From the NCBI GenBank assembly GCA_965235115.1, contig OZ249436.1, positions 17,734,001 to 17,798,000 of the forward strand: DNA of 64,000 bases, written 5' to 3'. Source of the stretch: Laetmonice hystrix (lineage: Eukaryota). Shown here piece after piece: positions 1 through 13,340 of this stretch. Both the position numbers and the translations under genes were made by a program. How positions within the stretch are numbered: the stretch's first letter is position 1; every line of letters starts with the position of its first letter. The notes below the pieces were generated by a model that had not been told where the DNA came from, did no database searches, and was given only the letters and a program-made list of their open reading frames with translations.

Positions 1-436
1 CCTCCATTCTCCACATCCAGGCAGCGCCTCGTGCAGTCCTACTATCGTCTTCAGATCATGACTACCCAATATTTATAATAAAGAAATTACATTATGGAAA
101 ATTGAAACAAATACAGTGGTGGTGGCCTTCATGACAGCAGACACAGTGCAGACCAAACCATTTTACTGACCAATCCTGCCGCCTGTCGGGACAGCCGGCC
201 GTGAATTATCTCTCCCGGCATGCCTTGGGTTGGCCGACAAAGATTCATCAGAAGGTTTTTTTTAGAAGCGCCCTTTAGCCAAGCAAGGCATGCGAGAAGG
301 CATTGCAGTTTTTTTTCCAGGTGCCATAAATCGTTATTTAAATAAAGGGCATTATGATTTAAAACTCTCTCCGTCTGATTAGCTTTGGTTTAAAACATTG
401 AAAAACACTTCTGGTGGTGAGTGGAAAACTCTCTGA

Positions 437-510
437 GGAAGTCGGTAACAGTGCTTAACGTCCGCTTACCTCGGAAGTCGGTAACAGTGCTTAACGTCCG
501 CTTACCTCGG
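437..510. repeat. 36-bp tandem duplication
   Basis: GGAAGTCGGTAACAGTGCTTAACGTCCGCTTACCTC x2. Confidence 0.85.
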
Positions 511-1584
511 ACGGGAGACTTGCTTGCCAGGTTCAGCATATCAAGATCTATAGTTTCCGCACTATATTGGAATTTAGAGTCCAGAAAGTATTGTTGTGTA
601 ATTAATTAAGTATGGGGATAAACTTTCCAAATCAGGCCTTCCATGCAGGCCACTAGATAGCGCCCTCTCGCGGGTATACATGGTACCAGGTAACGATTGG
701 TGATTGGGCACCCGGTCATAAGATAGAACATGCCACTCCTTTCGTCTCTGTACAAAATACCGGGTCGGAGGGAAGGGGGGCTGCTTGATAGACAGCCCCC
801 GTCCTCCCCGCGGGAAAGGCCAATCGAAGACAACTGGGCTGTATTGAACGTTGTCCAATCGTCACCTCAGAAGTCAAAATAGGGAAATCATCGGGAAGAA
901 ATAGTTGCTGGGCCCAGGGCAGGTCGGTCGTGATGGGTCGGGTGGTACTGAAATTGATGGGGTACGAACTGCCCACCCCCAGATACGGCGTCTCTCAGTC
1001 GGCTCACTGTACCGTCGTCCTTGTGGCTGGCGTCCCGGGTCTGGTCACAGATGACCGTGGCTGTTCGTTCATACGAAACAAAAATATATAAATAGGTTAA
1101 CTAATGGGAAACTTAATGTTTCGCTAAAAGTTCGAAACGGGCGTAAAACTAAGAGCTATAGCAGGCAGTCAGGCAATTCCCATTGCGTTCCCCTCCTGAC
1201 TGTACTGCAATGTCGGGAGTTGGGTATCACTTGTTAGATTGTGTTGTATAGCACTGAAACTTAACGTATAACTAGCCTCGAGTTTTATATTTCAAACAAG
1301 AGTTTCAGTTTGTGAGATCTGAACCCATTAGAGGAAGTAGAAATATGTGGATGGTGCCGGGGGAGTCAGGGAGGGGGAAGACACTAGGCCTATATCGGCG
1401 AGCAGGGGCGGGGGGGGGGAGACACTAGGCCTATATCGGCGAGCAGGGGGGGGGGGGGGAGACCAACACGCTTACAGAAAATGTACCTTCCTCATTATAC
1501 ATGCGTCTTGATGAGCTGGAGCATGGAATGATTCAATCGCCGAGAGTTTATTGATTTCCATCATTTCCTGCTCACTGACCTCGA

Positions 1585-1735
1585 GACGGCGGGAGCGTCG
1601 CCGCTGGCCGCCACTAGAGGCCGCTGGTGTCGGGCGGGGGAGAAGGCGCGAGGCGGGGCCGAGGGCCGCCGACCTATTAGACACTCTCTGATTGAGTCAT
1701 GTCGCCCACTGTTTATGATTTATGCGCATGCGCGG
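1585..1735. promoter_or_regulatory. CpG-rich promoter-like segment
   Basis: GC boxes GGGCGGGG (about 1632) and GGCGGGG (about 1652), perfect NRF1-type palindrome TGCGCATGCGC (about 1723-1733), CTCF-like CCACTAGAGGCCGC (1611). Confidence 0.4.
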
Positions 1736-2652
1736 AGCTGAGGTGCGAATTGTCTTGATTCACTGGACAGGAGAGATAGCGCAGCCTCGCTTCCATTACC
1801 AGCATTTTCGAAATTGACAAACGGAAATAGTTGTTGGGAAATTGAGTCTGGAGTGAATGTGATCGTGGAGCCCGCCATGTTGGCGGTGGGCCGGCGTGGG
1901 GCAGGGCCGGCGGGCCGCTCTTAACGTCCGGGTTAGGGGCAATCTGACCCTGCCTGACGGGGGACGCTTCCTGGGGGTCCCCGGCCTGGAGCAGGCCAGG
2001 AGTCGGTCCGAAACGTGTACGATGAATACATAAAGCCGCTAAATGAAGCAAATGGTTCATCAGAGGATCTTCCCGGGTAGATGCCACCATCGTTTTACCC
2101 CTAATCCTTGGCGGGAATTAGGCTCAGTATGACCGCTCGCTAGGTGGCGTGGCTCGTTCCGCCACGACGAGCATACACTCAGCGAATACTACACGTGGAT
2201 GATCACTTAGAGCATACACGTACCGACCCAGCCGACATAACTCACTGTATATAACTCTGTAACCATACGTCAAACAGGGCAGAGAACGAAGAGGTCACCA
2301 TTATCAGCCCAGTGAACGCAAGTTCTATTATCGCAGGGTGTGGTCAACTGCTTGGTCATGTAACACTCCTGTTAAAGTTTAATATGTAAAATAAACTAAA
2401 CAAGCCCGTAAAAAGTTTGTAGTTTTCTAAAAAAAAGTAAATGTCCGAGACATTGTTAGAACATTTCTTTCCTGCTATCTGGTGAAACTGGCAAAGCAGA
2501 ATAAAATCCTAGTCTTGGCGTGCAGTACAGGGATCTGGTGGGGTGGTGTCATTTCAAAATAAAAGCCCGGCGAGTTGGGAATCGGGATTTTTAAACAGTG
2601 CCAGGTGTTTACAAGCCTGGGGAAACACGTATCATTTTGATGTCCGTATCAA

Positions 2653-3086
2653 TCGATTATTCCAGGAGTTTCGGGTGACGGAAAGGTTGTGAAATATGTG
2701 CGATGATTGCGGGTGCTCCGGGTGACGGGTGGAATATGTGCGATTATTCATGGAGTTCCGGGTGACGGGTGGAAAGGTTGGGAGAATATGTGCGATTATT
2801 CATGGGGTTCCGGGTGACGGGTGGAAAGGTTAGGAGAATATGTGCGAATATTCCTGGAGTTCCGGGTGACGGGTGGAAAGGTTGGGAGAATATGTGCAAT
2901 TATTCCAGGAGTTTCGGGTGACGGAAAGGTTGTGAAATATGTGCGATGATTGCGGGTGCTCCGGGTGACGGGTGGAATGATTGGGAGAATATGTGCGATT
3001 ATTCCTGGAGTTCCGGGTGACGGATGGAAAGATTGGGAGAATATGTGCGATTATTCCCGGAGTTCTGGGTGACGGGTGGAAAGTTG
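2653..3086. repeat. Minisatellite, about 52-bp unit with shorter variants
   Basis: CGATTATTCCTGGAGTTCCGGGTGACGGGTGGAAAGGTTGGGAGAATATGTG-like units, about 9 copies. Confidence 0.9.
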
Positions 3087-5573
3087 CAGGACACAGGCGC
3101 TTGATGAGGCGTCCCTGATCGGGTGAAGATGAACAGCTGCATGGCGGGAGATGGCTTTCTTCTCATCTCAGCCAAGGTGAAGGTCAGTAGGCTCACACAG
3201 GGGCGGCACTGACGTTATGCAAATGTGTGTCTGCAGCAATCGTGCCAAACCTAGTATGATTGGATGATAATCTCAAGATGGAGCCATGATGTAGTACCTT
3301 TTTATCCGTGGACGTGGAGGTGATGGCATGATACTCTCAAGTCGTGACACAGCAAGTGTAATACAGGTGCTTACAATAGATGACCCTTGACCTGGCCGTG
3401 AAGGTCATTGTAGCAGGAAAGATCACGGGATTTAACCAAAGCCTATCGACACGACATTCTACATGCTTTAGATCCGGAAAATGATCTTATCAAAAATAAT
3501 GAATCAAATTCTTCAACGCATTCTCAATATCGTCTCTGCTTTTTTAATCATATTTCTAATTCCCTTTCAGCGTTCTAATCTTCCAATAGGAGATAACAGA
3601 CCCATAGATTGCCATATTCGGAGTCTGGGCCGGGCAGCCTGCTCCTGGGTCTTATCGGAGGTGGTGCCAGAATTGCCTCCTCTTTCTGTACGTCATTTGG
3701 CTGAGAGCTTTGGCCAATGTCCCAGCAATTTGTGCCCTGCTGTGGGCCGGTCTTGATAACATCACTGATATTAGCCCATCATAAATCATATCGTCGGATA
3801 CGCCAGAGCCGAACCCGAGTCGGACTTGTAGGGGCCCGGACCGCCGCCGGCTGCAGATCCGTGGAACAATTTTAGCCTGGCCAATTCAGATTAATGAGTC
3901 GAGATAATAATATGCACACAGAACCATATTCTCCAGCTAATCCCGGAAATCAATGACACACGTTGAGTCATCTTGCAGTAACTTTGAGGGAGAACAAAAA
4001 TCATTTGTAATTTCGTAAACTATCGTCTCCAGGCTGGACTCGTTGGCCGCTGAGATGTCAATGTTTTCACGCAGCGTCAATAGCGCATGGTTGCCGGAAG
4101 TAATTCTGCCAATTGGATTCACTCCTTTTTTTTAACAATAACGGTATTCATCGTTTGGTACAGGGCGTGCCAGGCAGGGTGGGTTGACGTCGGCAAAGCC
4201 CTAATAATTGTAATCCTTAATTGTATATTTTAATCTGTATGGGGGTATATGAGATAAATTTATGGACAATTCAATATATCCGAGAAGAATACCCATTGGC
4301 ACTGAAGGCGTGGGGGGGGGGGGGGGGGGGAGGGGGGGGGGGGCTTGGCCCCCGGACCAACTTTTTGTGGATTTATTACATTACATTGGTATCACATTTC
4401 GGGAGGGAGAGGGCTGTTGATTTTTAATTGCAATCCCCTTCGAAAATCCTCGGTCCGTCCCTACACCCTAAGATAGAATTGGCGTCGAGAGTAATTTGAC
4501 GTAGTTTTAGCTTCGTGGTTGGTTGATTGAGGCAGGAATGTGAATATGTTGACCTCCACGGGATGTCACCATCACACAGCTGCTTCGCCTACACTGTCCG
4601 GCCGGTGTCTCAGTAAATATGAAGGAAAGGCGATTTGTCACTTCCGGTTTGGGGTCTAAGATCGGGATCATAATAGGACCTATAAGAAAAGCAAGCCTTA
4701 TTAAAATAAAGTAACATTTGCTCATCAATGTCCCTAATTAGTATCTCTTATATACTATCTGATAAACCAGTCTGTGTCCACAGCGCCACTCGCAGTCAGA
4801 CAAGGACAATTTTCCGTTCATACACGGGGCTGTTACAAGAACTGTACACATGTAGGCCTACATGTAGCGCTCCACCGATTATCTTTGAATGAGTCATCGA
4901 AATTCTACAACGATTATTCTAACGTTATACACTGCCACGCATTTTTCCTATCGGCTTCGTGTAGTATGACTAGTATAATTTTATATTTATCATTTGACCT
5001 TTCCAACAATAATGAATAGATTAATCTGACCGCGAAAGCACTTAGATCGCCATGGTAACTGAGCATCGTAGGCATTCCATAATACAGTACTTGGCAGTTT
5101 CCGTCCGGGAAGCCTCGTTTTATGATATCGGATTATCGGCCAATTACAACCGCTGACAGAGACACCTTGTGGTGACTTCAAACACACGAGCGTGACGTCT
5201 TCAATGTACGTGATATACGGCCGGGCACGCGCAAGGAGGCGTAGGGTTGTGATGGCTTCCGGTGCGGGCCGCGCGTCTGATCGAGACGCTGACCCGCATG
5301 TGTTTCCGGTGGCGGGGCCTCCCGGCCGAGGTTGGCATTGGCTGGGAGTAACTAACGGAATTCTAGGAGTTCTAGGAATATCAGGTTGGGTAGGACGGAG
5401 GTGGTGTTTTATCGGCAGGGGGTGGGGAACACTGATACGACGGCTGTAGACGCGGGACTCCGAGGGCTGAGGTGGGTGAGGTGGGGGTTCTGGGTGTCAG
5501 TTGGTATATTGTTGGATTGTAAATTACTTTGAACCATGATAAACTAAACTGGAACCTGCTTCTAATTCATAAA

Positions 5574-5782
5574 GGACCGTTTCCACGAAGGCGATTGTCC
5601 TTGCGAGGACCATGCGATTTTGGCATCATCCTTTTATTTTACTGTTTTACTTTACTTAAAGGATGAAACCCATTTCCAAAAACAGGGAAGCCTGCCAGGA
5701 TAAAATTACAGAGTGAAATTTCACCATTAATTCAAAAATCGCATGGACGTCGCAAGGAAAATCGCCTCAGTGGAAACAGTCC
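5574..5782. mobile_element. 209-bp MITE, Harbinger-like ends
   Basis: About 50-bp imperfect TIR GGACCGTTTCCACGAAGGCGATTGTCCTTGCGA... / ...TCGCAAGGAAAATCGCCTCAGTGGAAACAGTCC; TSD not clean. Confidence 0.7.
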
Positions 5783-7097
5783 AATTACCCAGCGTTTTCA
5801 AGAAACTTATAGGACAAACTTTATTGGTTTTTATTTCGGTGCGGATTGCGGAGTACTCATCGCCATCGTGGATGAAGATGGTCTCTGGTAGAGCCTGTAA
5901 AATATCAACCTGTCAACTTTTGGTGATATGAGTAGGTGTGACCAGGATGGATACATGTCAATGTTGACATCTCGATATGTAAAGCACCCGCGGCCACCAT
6001 TCTGTTTGTTGGTCGATACCAGGCGGAACTGAGTCATTATAAAACTAGCCATATTTCATCGCGCTGTTATGGCAACACACGTTTCTATTAGCAGGGCGAA
6101 TATGACGTCCAATCCACTAAGCCATGCATGCAACTTCTACCGGAAGGTACTATTCGCTTTTCTTGAGCGGCGCCATCTTACCGTTGCGGGGTGTTAATAT
6201 TTTCTCGATTGTGATTGGTCGAATAAATGTCAATTAGTCTAATTGGAAACTCGCGAACAAGGTTGCACAGGCCTAGCAAAAAGACCAATGATTAGGCCTA
6301 CCAGATGTACACGCTGCGAGCTCCGATATGTCCCTGACATTTTACATGTCACAGTATTATATATTATTGTGTACTATTTTCTACTTCAAAAACATCCGTG
6401 GAATTTGAAATACCACAAGCTATCGATATAGGCTACCGGTATCCTAACCATCCTCCTTAATTTAGACAGATCGGCACCTCGTGGCAAGGCAGCCGTTCAG
6501 CTCGTCTCAAGTCGACTCTAAGTTTAGGTCGACACTTGCCACGGATAATGTGAACCGGCCTGGTTTTGAGAAGAGAGCGATAATAGACCGACCACCTCAG
6601 ATCGGCCGTCTGATCCGGTGAGGTGCATGCCGGGAATGTGGTCAGAAGGCCGTCTGTCGGTGGTATCGGCTCGCCGCCGCCAGGGGGCCTGGTGTGATGG
6701 CAGGTGGGCTGAGAGAAGATCACGTGGTCATCATGAGTTATGACGACACGTCAGGTGTACACATGTAACCGGCGACCGTCGAAAGACGCCTGCCACCACC
6801 TGGTGTAATATCTCATCGCTAGGTGGCGCCTTGAAATCCAGGCCATTCCAACCCCGACATCGAGTCGTGAGTTACTTCCAGCTCGGCCACAACCAAAGTA
6901 TCACACGTTTCCGGTTCTCTTAGCCTGACTAAAAATATGACTGTGGTTGTCAACCAAGTCAGTCACCTACATACTGTCATACTTGTCTTCTCACAAACTT
7001 GGAGCTGGAACAACTATCCTGGGAAATGAATGCATAGAACCTATTTATCATACCTTATTTATCGTTCAATCTCTTATCGAAAATATTTTTTAAAGAT

Positions 7098-7538
7098 CAA
7101 TCCTTACATTTGTCTGACATTTATTGTTGAGGGAGAGTCAGAGAACCATTTGTCTGACATTTATTGTTGGGGGAGAGTCAGAGAACCAATCTTTACATTA
7201 TGTCTGACATTTATTGTTGGGGGGAGTGTCAGAGAACGAATCTTTACATTTGTCTGACATTTATTGTTGGGGGAGAGTCAGAGAACCAATCTTTACATTA
7301 TGTCTGACATTTATTGTTGGGGGAGAGTCAGAGAACCAATCTTTACATCATGTCTGACATTTATTGTTGGGGGGAGTGTCAGAGAACGAATCTTTACATT
7401 TGTCTGACATTTATTGTTGGGGGAGAGTCAGAGAACCAATCTTTACATTATGTCTGACATTTATTGTTGGGGGGAGTGTCAGAGAACCAATCTTTACATT
7501 ATGTCTGACATTTATTGTTGGGGGGAGTGTCAGAGAAC
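7098..7538. repeat. Minisatellite, about 49-51-bp unit
   Basis: TGTCTGACATTTATTGTTGGGGGAGAGTCAGAGAACCAATCTTTACATTA-like units, about 9 copies. Confidence 0.92.
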
Positions 7539-8694
7539 ATGTGAGCACATGTATGCTGATTTATTTAATAATCTTGCATCAGTGGCCGACATGGCAGAGT
7601 CTTGACTCTGTCTCATTGACTGCCTCATTTACTCACTAACTTGTTATACTCACTAACTGGCTCGACCTGGACATGAATCCACTTAGAAAACGTAGATGGT
7701 CTCGAATTGAACTTATACCTAACTATGTCACTTTGTTCAGCTCCCGAATCATATCAAACAGTTCCAACATGTATAATGTGAGGGTATTATGCCAAATGTA
7801 TTGTATTAATGTATAATGTAAGTATATCATGTATAATGTACTGTAATTTCATGTATAATGTGATTGTATTATGTTTGATGTGATTGTATCCTATCTAAAG
7901 TATTGTATAATGTATAATGTAATTATCCTGTATAATGTATTGTGTAATGCCACTGATTACTATCTGACCACAGAGGTAATGTGAGGCCAAACTTGACATG
8001 ATAGCCTTGGATTAGTCAGACACAGCGAGCCGACGTAACCTGCTCCTCTGTGACTCATTGAGTCGCCACGAGTAGACTTGTACACAGTCTCTGACTTCAG
8101 CGAAGTCTAGCGATCAAAGGAACCATGATGTATTTAAAGATGCAGGGAAACTAAAGAATCGGAGATATAATGTTTGTCGGACAACGTCAGTCTGGGACCA
8201 CAAATCATGGATCACAGCGGAGGATAAATCCAGCAATAAATCAAACACCACCTTCACATCTCCCGGCGAGTGGCATTCACAACCCAGCTAAAACTACTAC
8301 GAAAAATCGACGTAAAAATGACAGCAGAACTTCCTTTAAAATTGTACAAGTGTAGTTCATACTTCACCTGATTTCTCGACAAGTGGGCATATTCCACTTA
8401 CATGATATCCACCTTAGTGAGAGCCATAGGAAGGTCAGGATTGTGTCATCCATTCTTGGTGGCCTGACTTTGGTGAAGGTCGTTCATTATTATGTCAAGG
8501 TCAAGGACCCGTACGGCCGGTAAGTGGCGTGTCTATCCTGTCTATCCTTACTACACAGGTGTAGTAATAGAACTTGGCACGATCGGTCGACGTTATCAGT
8601 AGAATAACCTGATGTGATATCTAAGGTATCACTGAATACTATGCAGATACCAGCTGTAAGTAGGCAAGATGAGATGCGTAACTTAAATAATGCG

Positions 8695-8975
8695 GGTGCA
8701 TCAACTGAATGGCTGCTTCAGGTGTATCAGTTAAATATTGGCTGCATCAGGTGCACTGGTTAAATATTGGCTGCATAAGGTGCACTAGTTGAATATTCAC
8801 AGCATCAAGGGCACTAGTTGAGAATTAGCAGGAAAAGGTGCATTAAGTATTTCAGTTGAATATGTTCAGTTCTAGTGTTTTACCTGAATATTGGCAGGAT
8901 AAGTTACATGGATTGTATAATGGGAACATCAGGTGCATCAGTTGAATATTTTCAGCATCAGGTGCATCAGTCGAA
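8695..8975. repeat. Degenerate about 29-bp tandem repeat
   Basis: Recurrent AGGTGCATCAGTTGAATATTGGCTGCATC-like units. Confidence 0.6.
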
Positions 8976-9965
8976 TGAAAGCACCGAGAACCTGATGCCT
9001 GAAACCACTGTCTCCAAACCCATCAATGCCGGAAAATAATCAAGTTCCCACTTGGGTAATTGCATTATTTTACCTCCATGGTTTTAATTAAGTTACGTTA
9101 ATGGCAATTACTTGCCTAATTAGACATACTAGACAATTACGTTAAGTTACCATGAAATTGGCAGGTTTCTTCCTCAGCTCGGCCTTGGCTGAGGCGTTTC
9201 GAGAAAACTGACATAGAATACATAATCTTCAACATCTGTACATTAATACTTGGTTGGTTGATGTAGATTAAGTGTAGGTAAAAGATAATTTAGTATCTCC
9301 CAACCTTGTCTGTAGAACCTAATGTTGGACAGAGGGCTCAATCTTCTCACATTAGGGTGTAATGTAGTTATCAACGACACATAATTCCTAGCAAATCAAC
9401 TCTACCTCAATTGGTTAATCCAATCCCGATTGAAAGCCTGTGTCGGATTATGGCAGGTTGTGTGGCCGGATGTTTGGGGCTCTGAACCCGCTCAAAATAA
9501 CGCCGTCTTCTTTATGACGTCATCAAAGGACCCACAATACCTGGCGTCAAAATATGAGAATGACCCTGAACAAACAGGTGGATATATTTATTGAAATTAC
9601 TGTGCCGTGCGTTTTTAAACATTTCTCTTAATTGTCGGGTGCATGGTATATCTGACCTGGCAAATGAAAGTGTAAGAACGTGCTCTAACCTGAAACTCCC
9701 CCACAAATCACTGCCCTCCCCTTATATTTGTCTAAGATCACTTTAAGAACAATCAGGAATTGTTCTGGTTTTACCAAATCAACGTATCAATGTATTTCAA
9801 TGGATCAGATTTGGACACAATGTCCTCGGAAATCTATCTATGTTAAAAACCAGGCTAATCAGCCTCCGCCTCCTCACCCCCACACACCATCACTACTCAC
9901 AGTCCTCCAGCTATTGTAGCTTCCTTATATAGTTGGTTATAGACGTGTACATGAATAATGATACT

Positions 9966-10137
9966 CAGTGACGTAGCCAGGAATTAGTGAAAGGTGGGGC
10001 GTAAAGGGGGGCGTATTTTTTTAAAGGAAAATCTGACAAGCAAAAAAAAAAGAAGGTCTCCAACAATGCAAAAAAACCCGAAGCCAAACGGGGGAGGGGG
10101 CGTACGCCAGGTACGCCCTATAGTGGCTACGTCACTG
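9966..10137. mobile_element. 172-bp MITE with CAG termini and 5-bp TSD
   Basis: 14-bp TIR CAGTGACGTAGCCA / TGGCTACGTCACTG; TSD ATACT (9961-9965, 10138-10142). Confidence 0.85.
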
Positions 10138-11217
10138 ATACTGACGCGTTTTTCGGGGGACCAATTACTTCTACAAGTATCAAATTATCAAACAAATGAA
10201 CGAACTAAAAACTCTCACGGAAATCCCGACAAGGTTATGTATGAAGGCCGCTTATGTTTACGGAAAAAATCGTTCACGTTTCCTTCTTCTCGTTATTTAT
10301 AGATTACATATAAATGTCCTGTCGTGAAGTTTAGCTGAGGTTGTTTGGCATACAGATCGATTGGGAGGTTGTGGCGAAATGGTACGGCCAAAAACACTTA
10401 TTGATTTAGGATAAAGTCGAAGGTTGGTTGTCATCTCGCTGTGGCTTGTTGACATATCGACACAATTACTGTAATGTTGCTTAGAGCATAACGTACAAAA
10501 CAAAGCACGGCCGTCTGTCCGCTGACGGTCACCCCTTTCTTACCTTATCGTATGTGTGTTTTTCGTTAACAGGATTGTGAATAATCACTTAGGGCAGAAT
10601 AATTCATAACAAGTCGTTAGGAAGCCAATCTACGACCCCTACCATTGGACAACCACGGAAATGAAGCTATGGTCTTTAGCGAGCAAGGAAATTAAGAAGG
10701 CCCACAAATGAAAACCCGCGTGATCTAAGGGCTTGCCCTTCCATATTCAAGCAATCAGCTTTAATAACTAATTATCCCGATTCTGGAACTAAGAGATTTC
10801 TCGTAGGATGGGGTAATTTTCTAAAATTGCAACAGGGAGTGGCCTCGGGTAAAGCGGCTTCATGTGACCAAAAGAAAGAGTGGCTTCACATAGGTACGAG
10901 AAGTAATAACGTATTTAGCCATATGGAATTAATAAATGGCTTCTTTTAACAATATCAGAAATGAGTTCATATTGTCAGAGGTACCTTCGTGGAAGCCATG
11001 CAGTCGACCCAGTGGCTTCTAACATGATCATATAGTAAACTGACCCGCTGACCCCTAGTCCTGACCTTTTCTTTGATGGAGGCCTATATTGTTCTTACTA
11101 AGATATTGGTAACAAGCGAGCATAACAGCAGTGCTCGCGATAGCTGGTCAGGGTATGGAGTTTGACGAGGCTTTGCTCAACTCAAATATGGCGGGTGTTA
11201 TTACAAAATGAGATGTG

Positions 11218-12046
11218 CCTATGGCTGATGTTCAGGGAGCAGACTGTGCAGGGTGGCTGCGTGCAGACTATGGTCGATCTTCAGGGAGCAGACTGTGCAG
11301 GGTGTCTGCGTGCAGACTATGGCCGATCTTCAGGGAGCAGACTGTGCAGGGTGTCTGCGTGCAGACTATGGCCGATCTTCAGGGAGCAGACTGTGCAGGG
11401 TGTCTGCGTGCAGACGATGGCCGATCTTCAGGGAGCAGACTGTGCAGGGTGTCTGCGTGCAGACTATGGCCGATCTTCAGGGAGCAGACTGTGCAAGGTG
11501 TCTGCGTGCAGACTATGGCCGATCTTCAGGGAGCAGACTGTGCAGGGTGTCTGCGTGCAGACTATGACCGATCTTCAGGGAGCAGACTGTGCAGGGTGTC
11601 TGCGTGCAGACTATGACCGATCTTCAGGGAGCAGACTGTGCAGGGTGTCTGCGTGCAGACTATGGCCGATCTTCAGGGAGCAGACTGTGCAGGGTGTCTG
11701 TGTTCAGACTATGGCCGATCTTCAGGGAGCAGACTGTGCAGAGTGTCTGCGTGCAGACTATGGCCGATCTTCAGGGAGCAGACTGTGCAGGGTGTCTGCG
11801 TGCAGACTATGGCCGATCTTCAGGGAGCAGACTGTGCAGGGTGTCTGTGTTCAGACTATGGCCGATCTTCAGGGAGCAGACTGTGCAGAGTGTCTGCGTG
11901 CAGACTATGGCCGATCTTCAGGGAGCAGGGTGGCTGCGTGCAGACTATGGCCGATGTTCAGGGAGCAGACTGTGCAGGGTGGCTGCGTGCAGACGATGGC
12001 CGATGTTCAGGGAGCAGACTTTGCAGGGTGTCTGCGTTCAGACTAT
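11218..12046. repeat. Minisatellite, 49-bp unit, about 17 copies
   Basis: CAGACTATGGCCGATCTTCAGGGAGCAGACTGTGCAGGGTGTCTGCGTG repeated. Confidence 0.95.
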
Positions 12047-12840
12047 GTATGTGTACCTACATACATCCTCTCTGTCAGCCTAAACTAATTCATTACTTTA
12101 TGTTCAATGATAAACATTACTTACATTGGCGGTTAACGAATAGCCTGTCATAAAGTCTATGTCGGGTCTGTGATATATGAAGTGTTATGTCAGGCAGACG
12201 GCATGTTTTATTGTTTGACTCTGCCGTAATCATTCAATTTGCTGTATAGACCATGCAAAGATTGCATAGACTTTACATCGCCCCGTTGACAAATGGCACA
12301 AATAGCAGATACATTATAAGAAAGATTTGTAATTGGAATATGAATTCAGTAAAAACTACTTTGGCAACCTGGATGCTTGTTTAAGAAATCAATACTGCCA
12401 GAATGTTTCTCGCTTCACCTCGACCCCCCCCCCAACTCCTAACTGAGGCAGTGAGGGCATCGGGTTTGTTCTAGCCCCCCCCCCCCCTAACTGTGGATAT
12501 TGGCTGACGTACCCCCCACCCTCATTGGGGTGGGAGGGGAGGGAGTGACTCTTGCCCCCTCTCCAACTAAAACTTTCTCCTGGAGTCTATGATTTATTAT
12601 CGTCAGATTACAGTTATTGTACCCAGCCCGCAGCTTTCTGAGCACAGTGCTCAGATCCGACCACGAGGTGGTGGCATGAAGTCAGACACTTTGAACCCAC
12701 AATTATTGAAGGTCACACTTTGGACCTATCCGTTCGCAACATTGTGTTGGCGGTCGGTGAAACAATAGACTAAAGTAATGACAAAACCAAGGCCCACGGA
12801 CAGTTTAACTTACCAGTCATGTTGGGGGTCCCAGTGGTAA

Positions 12841-13340
12841 CGATACTGGGGGAGAGGTTAGGGTTTGGGACAAGGTTAGAGATTGGGAAACGTTTTCACG
12901 ATATTGGGGGAGAGGTTAGGGTATGGGACAAGGTTAGAGATTGGGAAACGTATTCACGATATTGGGGGAGAGGTTAGGGTCTGGGACAAGGTTAGAGATT
13001 GGGAAACGTTTTCACGATATTGGGGCAGAGGTTAGGGTTTGGGACAAGGTTAGAGATTGGGAAACGTTTTCACGATATTGGGGGAGAGGTTAGGGTATGG
13101 GACAAGGTTAGAGATTGGGAAACGTATTCACGATATTGGGGGAGAGGTTAGGGTCTGGGACAAGGTTAGAGATTGGGAAACGTATTCACGATATTGGGGG
13201 AGAGGTTAGGGTTTGGGACAAGGTTAGAGATTGGGAAACGTTTTCACGATATTGGGGGAGAGGTTAGGGTATGGGACAAGGTTAGAGATTGGGAAACGTT
13301 TTCACGATATTGGGGGAGAGGTTAGGGTATGGGACAAGGT
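12841..13340. repeat. Minisatellite, 58-bp unit, about 8.6 copies, containing GGTTAGGG
   Basis: CGATATTGGGGGAGAGGTTAGGGTATGGGACAAGGTTAGAGATTGGGAAACGTTTTCA repeated. Confidence 0.95.

Noticed and set aside
10835..10875. tRNA/SINE A-box-like GGGAGTGGCCTCGGGTAAAGCG
   Set aside because: No B-box or cloverleaf downstream; no tRNA or rRNA genes recognised anywhere in the window.
11162..12153. Cys-rich repetitive ORFs
   Set aside because: 49-bp unit (not a multiple of 3) read in rotating frames; minisatellite artefact.
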